Notes under the pieces: model-generated
Seen by the model: only the letters and a program-made list of their open reading frames with translations
What the model was told of the DNA's origin: nothing
Database searches by the model: none
Shown here: positions 17,701 to 24,000 of the stretch, one piece after another
How positions within the stretch are numbered: position 1 is the first letter of the stretch
Layout: each line of letters begins with the position of its first letter
Made by a program: the position numbers and the translations under genes
Assembly: GCF_022171985.1 (NCBI RefSeq)
Contig: NZ_JAJVHF010000011.1
Location: forward strand, 63,500-87,499
Origin: Huaxiibacter chinensis
GTDB lineage: Bacteria; Pseudomonadota; Gammaproteobacteria; Enterobacterales; Enterobacteriaceae
Direction: 5' to 3'
Length of the DNA: 24,000 nt

Positions 17701-17799
17701 AAAGGGTTTATTGCAAACACCCTGACGCCGTTCGTCGGTGATGCGAACACGCAGACGCCGGAATTTAAGGCCTTCCTTGTGAACGTGGAAAAGGTATAG
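14749..17799 (+). CDS. fdoG: Formate dehydrogenase-O catalytic subunit (selenocysteine-containing, Tat-exported)
   Basis: The two track ORFs (14749-15336 and 15385-17799) are in the same frame and joined by TGA at 15334-15336. The context ...DNQARV-U-HGPTVASLAPTFGRGAMTNHW is the FdoG/FdnG Sec site. The total of 1016 codons equals E. coli FdoG. The Tat signal is MQVSRRQFFKICAGGMAGTTAAALGFAPGVALA. Confidence 0.94.
15334..15376 (+). other. UGA selenocysteine codon plus downstream SECIS hairpin
   Basis: TGA lies at 15334-15336. The lower stem is GACCAA (15341-15346) / TTGGTC (15371-15376). The upper stem is AGCAA/TTGCT around a GUC apical loop (about 15351-15363), analogous to the E. coli fdhF/fdnG SECIS with a GGUC-type loop. 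Confidence 0.8.
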
Positions 17800-17811
17800 C
17801 GGAGACGAATT

Positions 17812-18714
17812 ATGGCTTATCAATCGCAAGATATTATCCGTCGTTCCGCGACTAACAGTTTCACCCCCGCGCCTCAGGCGCGGGACCACCAGCAGGAAGT
17901 GGCGAAGCTTATCGACGTGACTACCTGTATCGGCTGTAAAGCCTGTCAGGTGGCCTGCTCGGAGTGGAACGACCTGCGTGACGAAGTCGGTCACAACGTC
18001 GGGGTGTACGATAACCCCGCCGATTTGACCGCCAAGTCCTGGACGGTGATGCGTTTCTCGGAAGTGGAACAAAACGACAAACTGGAATGGCTGATCCGCA
18101 AAGATGGCTGTATGCACTGTGCGGACCCGGGCTGCCTGAAGGCGTGTCCGTCAGAAGGCGCTATCATTCAGTATGCCAACGGCATCGTCGACTTCCAGTC
18201 TGAACAGTGTATTGGCTGCGGCTACTGCATTGCGGGCTGTCCATTCGACGTACCGCGCCTGAACCCGGAAGATAACCGCGTCTACAAATGTACGCTGTGC
18301 GTCGACCGTGTGACCGTGGGCCAGGAACCTGCCTGCGTGAAAACATGCCCAACCGGCGCCATCCATTTTGGCTCCAAAGAGGACATGAAAACGCTGGCAG
18401 CAGAGCGCGTGGGCGAGCTGAAAACCCGTGGTTACGATAATGCGGGCCTGTACGATCCGTCTGGCGTTGGCGGTACGCACGTGATGTACGTGCTGCACCA
18501 TGCCGACAAGCCGAATCTGTATCACGGCCTGCCGGAGAACCCGGAAATCAGCGCGACCGTGAAGTTCTGGAAAGGCATCTGGAAACCGCTGGCAGCGGTC
18601 GGGTTTGCGGCTACCTTCGCCGCCAGCATCTTCCACTACGTCGGTGTCGGTCCGAACCGTGCGGAAGAGGAAGACGATAACCTGCATGAAGAGAAAGACG
18701 AGGTGCGCAAATGA
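17812..18714 (+). CDS. fdoH: Formate dehydrogenase-O iron-sulfur subunit
   Basis: 300 aa with four ferredoxin-type Cys clusters ([45 protein letters not shown]...CVKTCP) and a C-terminal TM anchor. Confidence 0.94.
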   Translation: MAYQSQDIIRRSATNSFTPAPQARDHQQEVAKLIDVTTCIGCKACQVACSEWNDLRDEVGHNVGVYDNPADLTAKSWTVMRFSEVEQNDKLEWLIRKDGCMHCADPGCLKACPSEGAIIQYANGIVDFQSEQCIGCGYCIAGCPFDVPRLNPEDNRVYKCTLCVDRVTVGQEPACVKTCPTGAIHFGSKEDMKTLAAERVGELKTRGYDNAGLYDPSGVGGTHVMYVLHHADKPNLYHGLPENPEISATVKFWKGIWKPLAAVGFAATFAASIFHYVGVGPNRAEEEDDNLHEEKDEVRK

Positions 18715-19346
18715 AACGACGTGACACCATCGTGCGCTACACCGCGCCGGAACGTATCAACCACTGGGTCACCGCCTTCTGCTTCATGCTGGCGGCGATA
18801 AGCGGGCTGGGGTTCTTCTTCCCCTCCTTTAACTGGCTGATGCAGATCATGGGGACACCACAGCTGGCGCGAATTCTGCACCCGTTTGTCGGCGTCATTA
18901 TGTTTGCCTCGTTTATCATCATGTTTTTCCGTTACTGGCACCATAATCTAATCAATCGGGATGATATCTTTTGGGCGAAGAATATTCGTAAGATCATCGT
19001 CAACGAGGAAGTGGGTGATACCGGGCGTTATAACTTCGGTCAGAAATGCGTATTCTGGGCGGCGATTATCTTCCTGGTCCTGTTGCTGGTGAGCGGCGTG
19101 ATCATCTGGCGTCCGTACTTTGCGCCTGCTTTCTCAATCCCGGTGATCCGATTTGCGCTGATGCTGCATTCATTTGCCGCAGTGGCGTTAATTGTGGTTA
19201 TCATGGTGCATATCTACGCCGCCCTTTGGGTGAAAGGCACTATTACCGCGATGGTGGAGGGATGGGTGACCAAAACGTGGGCGAAGAAACATCACCCGCG
19301 CTGGTACCGTGAAGTCCGCAAGACAACGGAAAAGAAAACTGAATGA
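18711..19346 (+). CDS. fdoI: Formate dehydrogenase-O cytochrome b556 subunit
   Basis: 211 aa and 4 TM segments with conserved heme-ligand His residues (INHW, LHPF, MVHIY). ATGA overlap with fdoH. Confidence 0.93.
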   Translation: MKRRDTIVRYTAPERINHWVTAFCFMLAAISGLGFFFPSFNWLMQIMGTPQLARILHPFVGVIMFASFIIMFFRYWHHNLINRDDIFWAKNIRKIIVNEEVGDTGRYNFGQKCVFWAAIIFLVLLLVSGVIIWRPYFAPAFSIPVIRFALMLHSFAAVALIVVIMVHIYAALWVKGTITAMVEGWVTKTWAKKHHPRWYREVRKTTEKKTE

Positions 19347-20272
19347 GTATTCGCATAATCCCGCAAGATGAGCTGGGGTCGAGCGAGAAACGCACGGCGG
19401 AATATATTCCGCCGCTGTTATTCCCCAGACTCAAGAACCTGTATAACCGCCGCGCAGAGCGTCTGCGCGAGCTGGCTGAGAACAACCCGCTTGGCGATTT
19501 TCTACGTTTCGCCGCGCTGATTGCCCATGCGCAGGAAGTGGTGCTGTATGACCACCCGCTGCAAATCGACCTGACGGCGCGCATCAAAGAAGCGAACGAG
19601 CAGGGCAAGCCGCCGCTGGATATCCACGTTCTGCCGCGTGACAAGCACTGGCATAAGCTGCTGCATTCGCTGATTGCCGAGCTGAAACCGGAGATGAGCG
19701 GCCCTGCGCTGGCGGTCATTGAGAATCTGGAAAAAGCGTCTGAGCTGGAGCTGGAAGAGATGGCGAACGCGCTGTTCGCCGCCGACTTCGCCCTGGTGAG
19801 CAGCGATAAAGCGCCGTTTATCTGGGCCGCCCTGTCGCTTTACTGGGCGCAGATGGCGAGTCTGATCCCCGGTAAAGCCCGCGCCGAGTACGGCGAAGCG
19901 CGCCAGTTCTGCCCGGTTTGTGGCTCAATGCCGGTGACCAGCATGGTACAGATCGGCACCACGCAAGGGCTGCGTTACCTGCACTGCAACCTGTGTGAAA
20001 CAGAGTGGCACGTGGTGCGCATCAAATGCAGCAACTGCGAGCAGACCCGTGACCTGAACTACTGGTCGCTGGAAAACGAAAACGCGGCAGTAAAAGCGGA
20101 AAGCTGCGGTGACTGCGGGACCTACCTGAAGATTTTGTATCAGGAAAAGGACCCGAAAGTGGAAGCCGTCGCTGACGATCTCGCCACGCTGGTGCTGGAC
20201 GCGCATATGGAACAAGAGGGCTTTGCCCGCAGTTCTATTAACCCGTTCCTGTTCCCGGGTGAAGGGGAGTAG
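19343..20272 (+). CDS. fdhE: Formate dehydrogenase maturation protein FdhE
   Basis: 309 aa with four CXXC motifs ([27 protein letters not shown]). ATGA overlap with fdoI. Confidence 0.93.
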   Translation: MSIRIIPQDELGSSEKRTAEYIPPLLFPRLKNLYNRRAERLRELAENNPLGDFLRFAALIAHAQEVVLYDHPLQIDLTARIKEANEQGKPPLDIHVLPRDKHWHKLLHSLIAELKPEMSGPALAVIENLEKASELELEEMANALFAADFALVSSDKAPFIWAALSLYWAQMASLIPGKARAEYGEARQFCPVCGSMPVTSMVQIGTTQGLRYLHCNLCETEWHVVRIKCSNCEQTRDLNYWSLENENAAVKAESCGDCGTYLKILYQEKDPKVEAVADDLATLVLDAHMEQEGFARSSINPFLFPGEGE

Positions 20273-20286
20273 TCTGCTGTGATAAT

Positions 20287-20311
20287 GCCGGGCGGCGCAA
20301 GCTTGCCCGGC
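20287..20311. repeat. REP-like GC hairpin between the convergent fdhE and vapC genes
   Basis: GCCGGGC (20287-20293) / GCCCGGC (20305-20311) with an 11-nt loop. The ...GCCCGGCCTAC end resembles the E. coli REP consensus tail, and it abuts the vapC stop codon (20312-20314). Confidence 0.45.
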
Positions 20312-20683
20312 CTACAGTTGATAAGGCGAAAACACGCCGTCAATGCCTGCGAAATCCTTGGTATTGCGTGAAATGAGCGCGCAATGTTTGATTTGAGCAG
20401 TGGCCAGTATAATGGCATCCGGCAGTTTCATACCGTGCTGAACGCGAAGTAAAACACTCCTCTGTGCGATCTCTCGTGACACATCGATAATCTCAAACGC
20501 TCCCATCACCGCCGCTGTTTTAGCTTCTTGACCATATTTGCGAGCGCCTACCATCACTTCCATCCAGGTGATTAAGCTAATCGCACAGTGCGAAGCGGTG
20601 TTATCTAATGCGTCCGCAGCCTCATGGCGATTATTGAAAAGATCGATCAGGATGTTGGTATCAAACACTGCCATGTGCTGCAT
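20312..20683 (-). CDS. vapC: Type II toxin VapC (PIN-domain ribonuclease)
   Basis: PIN acidic residues occur in FDTNILIDL, TWMEVMVG, LPDAIILATA and SRNTKDF. ATG 20683 lies 2 nt after the vapB stop with AGGAG 8 nt upstream. Alternative starts are at 20692 (GTG) and 20674. Confidence 0.85.
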   Translation of the reverse strand: MQHMAVFDTNILIDLFNNRHEAADALDNTASHCAISLITWMEVMVGARKYGQEAKTAAVMGAFEIIDVSREIAQRSVLLRVQHGMKLPDAIILATAQIKHCALISRNTKDFAGIDGVFSPYQL

Positions 20684-20685
20684 GA

Positions 20686-20928
20686 CTACCACTCCTCTCG
20701 CATCTTGCGTTCATACTCAAGCCCATCTTCTTGCTGGTCGCTCCACAGACCCAGAGCCTTGCGAATAACCGATGAGTTTTGTTGGTCGAGGTATAACTCT
20801 ATTGCTTCTCGCAGCAATTCAGCGCGGGGCTGATTGCGCAATTGTTTGAGGTTATCCAGCCGCTGGATAACATCGTCAGACAAATCAATCAGTATTCTGC
20901 CCATATCACGTTCCGCCATGAGACTCAT
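20686..20928 (-). CDS. vapB: Type II antitoxin VapB (ribbon-helix-helix, CopG-like)
   Basis: The RHH signature is GRILIDLSDDVIQRLDNLKQLRNQPRAELLREAIELYL, with an acidic C-terminal tail. GGAG lies 6 nt upstream of ATG 20928, and the gene is directly upstream of vapC. Confidence 0.8.
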   Translation of the reverse strand: MSLMAERDMGRILIDLSDDVIQRLDNLKQLRNQPRAELLREAIELYLDQQNSSVIRKALGLWSDQQEDGLEYERKMREEW

Positions 20929-21043
20929 ATATCACTCCAGTATATCATCCATGGTTAAATTTCAGGCAAAATACTCCTTTTAAAGGTGAGGTTAAAGCGA
21001 CTTCTTTATACAGTTCACATTTTTGCGAGCCGCTTTCCAGAAG

Positions 21044-22033
21044 CTACTCCTCCTCGTTACCCCCCTCTTCATACGCGCCATAGGGCTTCGCAGGTAAAAC
21101 AATATAGGTGCCTTCAAATACCGCGCCCGGGGTTTCATCGCCAAACAGCTCAACCTGCATCTGCACGCGCGCTTTGCGGCCGCGCGCCAGGCGGTCGAGA
21201 TCGCCGCCCAGTGCGCCAAGATCGGCCACCGCGCTCGGCTTGCCGCTGATCGGCGCGCTGTAGCGAATGTGGGCATCGGCCAGAATAATGGTGCCGCCGA
21301 GATGGCGTTCACGCAGCATCAGCCAGATAAGCCCCCAGCCGGTTAGCGTTGCAAGGGAAAAGAGGCTGCCGGCAAACAGGGTATGGTGCGGGTTTTGATT
21401 GCCCACTTCCGGCATGGTGGTGATAAATTTCTGTCCGGTGTATTGCAGGATACGCACACCCATTTTTTCACTGAGCGGGATGTGCTGATACCACGCTTGT
21501 TGCAGTTGCCCGCACCAGTCGCCGCGATGGAGGATATCGTCGAGCGAGGCGATGGGTTTGATCATCAAAAAGTGGCGGATCGGCGTGGTTTGCGGCGCGG
21601 TGATTTCACCTTCGTTCACAAATCCAAGCTTCGAGAAAAATTCCACGGCGTCTTCGCGGGCGCTACAGGTGACGCGTTTGACCCCTTCCTGACGGGCGAC
21701 GGATTCGAGCGTCATCGCCATCAGCGTTCCCAGCCCTTTATCCTGCACGCTGGGGTGAACCGCCATAAAGCGGATCGAGGCTTCATAATCGGCATTGATA
21801 TATAACCGCCCGACGGCGACCAGATTACCCTCTTCATCCACCACCATCTGATGATGGGCCATTGCGTCCCAGGCGTCGCGTTCAGATCCTTTCGGCTGAT
21901 GTAATGGCTTACGCAGCATCTCCCAGCGGAACTGGTAATAGGCTTCTAACTCTTCTTCCGTTTGCGGTACTCGAAGGTGATACATAGCTGTACTCTCTCT
22001 TGTTACCCGCGGCCTTGCCGCCAGTTGGCTCAT
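21044..22033 (-). CDS. yiiD: GNAT acetyltransferase fused to a hotdog thioesterase domain (YiiD/FabY)
   Basis: 329 aa. The sequence [50 protein letters not shown]... is near-identical to E. coli YiiD as recalled, including the C-terminal EEGGNEEE. Confidence 0.9.
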   Translation of the reverse strand: MSQLAARPRVTRESTAMYHLRVPQTEEELEAYYQFRWEMLRKPLHQPKGSERDAWDAMAHHQMVVDEEGNLVAVGRLYINADYEASIRFMAVHPSVQDKGLGTLMAMTLESVARQEGVKRVTCSAREDAVEFFSKLGFVNEGEITAPQTTPIRHFLMIKPIASLDDILHRGDWCGQLQQAWYQHIPLSEKMGVRILQYTGQKFITTMPEVGNQNPHHTLFAGSLFSLATLTGWGLIWLMLRERHLGGTIILADAHIRYSAPISGKPSAVADLGALGGDLDRLARGRKARVQMQVELFGDETPGAVFEGTYIVLPAKPYGAYEEGGNEEE

Positions 22034-22467
22034 ACCTGGAGCCAGAATGTGACGGGGCCATCGTTCACCAGCGACACCTGCATATCCGCAGCGAATCGTC
22101 CGGTTTGTGTAGGCGTATTCTGTTGACGACAGCGCTCAACAAAGTATTCGTAGAGGGCTTCTGCACGTTCGGGTTCAGCGCCTCTGGAAAAGCCAGGACG
22201 CATTCCGCGCCCGGTATCTGCAGCGAGGGTAAACTGGGACACCACCAGCACACTGCCCCCGGCCTGCTGGACGTTGAGATTCATCTTTCCGTCAGCATCG
22301 CTGAAGATACGATAGCCCAGCACGCGCTCACATAAGCGGTTGGCTTTCTGTTCGTCATCTTCCTTTTCGACACCTAATAGCACCAAAAGTCCTGGGCCAA
22401 TTTCACCCGTCACCTCATCCTCCACGGTGACGCTGGCACGGGTTACGCGTTGAATCAATGCAATCAT
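22030..22467 (-). CDS. dtd: D-aminoacyl-tRNA deacylase
   Basis: The start is taken at ATG 22467 ([16 protein letters not shown]...), giving 145 aa, with the SQFTLAADT motif. The track's 31-aa N-terminal extension overlaps yihY and is rejected. Confidence 0.93.
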   Translation of the reverse strand: MIALIQRVTRASVTVEDEVTGEIGPGLLVLLGVEKEDDEQKANRLCERVLGYRIFSDADGKMNLNVQQAGGSVLVVSQFTLAADTGRGMRPGFSRGAEPERAEALYEYFVERCRQQNTPTQTGRFAADMQVSLVNDGPVTFWLQV

Positions 22468-23336
22468 GGTTGGTCTGCTTCTTCTTGTTCTGCGGCTTCT
22501 TTGAGTTTGCGGTACTCCCCGAGAGTGACAGTTATTTCTGCCCCAAGCAAGACGATGCACCAGGTCCAGTAGACCCAGACGAACAGAATCGGCACGACGG
22601 CAAGTACGCCATAGATCAGCTGATAAGAAGGGAACATGGTGATATAGAGGGCGAACCCTTTTTTACCCAGTTCAAATAAAATGGCGGCCACCAGCGCGCC
22701 CGTCATGGCATCCCGATTAGGCACGCGAGTGGTGGGCACCACGCTGTACAGCAGCCAGAACGAGAGCCACGACAAAATGAGCGGAAAGAGCCTCAGCACG
22801 TTATCAATCACCGTGTTGAGTTCGCTGGCCCAACGCAGGGAAAGCAAATAGGAGCTGATAGCAAGACTGGCCCCGGCAAGCAGTGGCCCGAGCGTGAGAA
22901 TCATCCAGTAGACGGCAAAGGAGTATACTTTTGGTCGCACTTTTTTGCTGCGCCAGATGGTGTTCAGCGCGCTATCGATGGCATACATCAACAGCAGCGC
23001 GGTCACGATAAGCCCGCACGCGCCCACCGCGGTCATCTTGCTGGAGTTCGCGACAAACTGTTCGATATAGCGCTGGATGACATCCCCTGTCGCCGGCATA
23101 AAGTTCGCAAAAACAAAATGCCGCAGCTGTACGCTGACTTCTGAAAACATCGGAAATGCGGCGAACAGCGCAAAAATGACCGCCACCAGCGGCACTAATG
23201 AGAGCAACGACACGTAAGCGAGATTCCCCGCCAGCGTGGTCATGTTGTCCTCATCAATGCGTTGCCAGAGCAGTTTTATCCAGGCCCTGAACGGGCGAGA
23301 ATGATGTGACGCTTTTTGATGAACGTTTTTTAACAT
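22464..23336 (-). CDS. yihY: YihY/BrkB-family inner membrane protein (formerly annotated as rbn)
   Basis: 290 aa. ...[40 protein letters not shown]... is near-identical to E. coli YihY as recalled. ATGA overlap with dtd. Confidence 0.9.
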   Translation of the reverse strand: MLKNVHQKASHHSRPFRAWIKLLWQRIDEDNMTTLAGNLAYVSLLSLVPLVAVIFALFAAFPMFSEVSVQLRHFVFANFMPATGDVIQRYIEQFVANSSKMTAVGACGLIVTALLLMYAIDSALNTIWRSKKVRPKVYSFAVYWMILTLGPLLAGASLAISSYLLSLRWASELNTVIDNVLRLFPLILSWLSFWLLYSVVPTTRVPNRDAMTGALVAAILFELGKKGFALYITMFPSYQLIYGVLAVVPILFVWVYWTWCIVLLGAEITVTLGEYRKLKEAAEQEEADQP

Positions 23337-23929
23337 ACCTGCTTCGCAAAATAGTTCGGTATCGTCTCTTTTCCGGTCACCAGAATGGAGGTGATACCCA
23401 ACTGGTTAGCGCCCTCTATATTATCGGCATTGTCGTCGAAAAAGACCGCATCCGAGGCGGTAAAACCTTCGGCACGCAGAAGTTCCTGGTAAATTCGCGC
23501 TTCGGGTTTGCGCATCCCCATCTCCTGGGAGAGGTAAATTTTATCCGCTGCGGCACGGATTTCCGGGTATTCATCCGGCCAGAAGGTGGTATGAAGTCGG
23601 TTGGTGTTGGACAGAACCACCACGCGATGCCCCTGCTCACGCAGTTTATGCATGATGTCGATCACCTCGGGACGCAGACCGACAAACACCGCCTGCCAGC
23701 CATGGGAGAACTGTTCATAGCTCAGCGGTAATTCCAGCTCATGGCAGATCGCCTGCGCAAACGCTTCGTCGCTGATTTCACCGCGTTCATGCTGATGGAA
23801 GGCGTCACCCATGGTGAAATTTTGTTTAAGCGTCGCCAGCGGGACACGGCCGAAATCGCTCCAGGCCCCCAGCACGCGATTGAAATCGATATCGACGATG
23901 ACATTTCCTAAGTCAAAGATATAAAGCAT
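23330..23929 (-). CDS. yihX: HAD-superfamily alpha-D-glucose-1-phosphate phosphatase
   Basis: 199 aa with HAD motifs: I ([12 protein letters not shown]), II (VVLSNTN) and IV (FFDDNADN). The stop overlaps the yihY start by 7 nt. Confidence 0.9.
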   Translation of the reverse strand: MLYIFDLGNVIVDIDFNRVLGAWSDFGRVPLATLKQNFTMGDAFHQHERGEISDEAFAQAICHELELPLSYEQFSHGWQAVFVGLRPEVIDIMHKLREQGHRVVVLSNTNRLHTTFWPDEYPEIRAAADKIYLSQEMGMRKPEARIYQELLRAEGFTASDAVFFDDNADNIEGANQLGITSILVTGKETIPNYFAKQVC

Positions 23930-24000
23930 GTTTATCCCCTTCGCTCCGTGGAGAAATAACTGTAGCGGGAAAGATAAGCTTTGGCTATGCGCCAGATTCA

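Noticed and set aside
14749-17799. fdoG appears as two ORFs (14749-15336 and 15385-17799), which could be read as a pseudogene or a gene fission.
   Set aside because: The ORFs share a frame. The interrupting codon is TGA in the canonical ARV-U-HGPTV selenocysteine context with a SECIS-like hairpin directly downstream, and the combined length equals the 1016 codons of E. coli FdoG.
17335-18117. A 260-aa ORF on the - strand spanning the fdoG/fdoH junction.
   Set aside because: It is antisense to two highly conserved genes, has no motifs, and shows the Arg/His/Val-rich pattern of a shadow ORF.
20986-21312. ORFs of 87 aa (+) and 106 aa (-, different frame) overlapping the yiiD 3' end and the vapB-yiiD spacer.
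   Set aside because: Both overlap the strongly supported yiiD frame and are Arg/Pro/Ala-rich with no recognisable domain.
1-24000. A search by eye for CRISPR arrays, tRNA/rRNA genes, IS elements or transposases, integrases, phage genes and known defence-system signatures.
   Set aside because: None was found. There are no regularly spaced direct repeats. The only non-coding stretch longer than about 190 bp is the fdhD-fdoG spacer. No ORFs carry transposase, integrase, nuclease-helicase or other defence-type motifs apart from the vapBC pair.

Overview
This window looks like an Enterobacteriaceae chromosomal segment, Enterobacter/Klebsiella-like judging from proteins near-identical to E. coli K-12 orthologues as I recall them, plus REP-type repeats. 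No alignments or searches were run; all homology calls rest on motifs and memory. The segment is collinear with the E. coli K-12 rha-frv-fdo-dtd region. Gene order: the 3' end of a sugar ABC permease, a FucO-like lactaldehyde reductase and rhaM (+). Then a raffinose/melibiose-type cluster rafR-rafA-rafB (-) with two palindromic operators but no invertase. Then an XRE-cupin regulator (-) divergent from azlCD (+). Then the cryptic PTS-like operon frvABXR (+), a small secreted DUF1471 protein (-) and fdhD (-). A 464-bp control region follows, then fdoG (with an in-frame UGA selenocysteine codon and SECIS hairpin that the ORF track splits in two), fdoH, fdoI and fdhE (+). Next come a lower-GC vapBC toxin-antitoxin pair (-) and the overlapping chain yihX-yihY-dtd-yiiD (-). 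No tRNA/rRNA, CRISPR array, IS element or integrase is visible. I do not see a convincingly new multi-gene system, and most of the window is conserved housekeeping. The parts most worth follow-up are frvABXR (PTS components coupled to an M42 peptidase-family enzyme and an EIIA-domain regulator, substrate unknown), the unusually long fdhD-fdoG intergenic region with a perfect CRP-type palindrome, the vapBC islet, and the raf/xre/azlCD insertion with its atypical regulatory layout.
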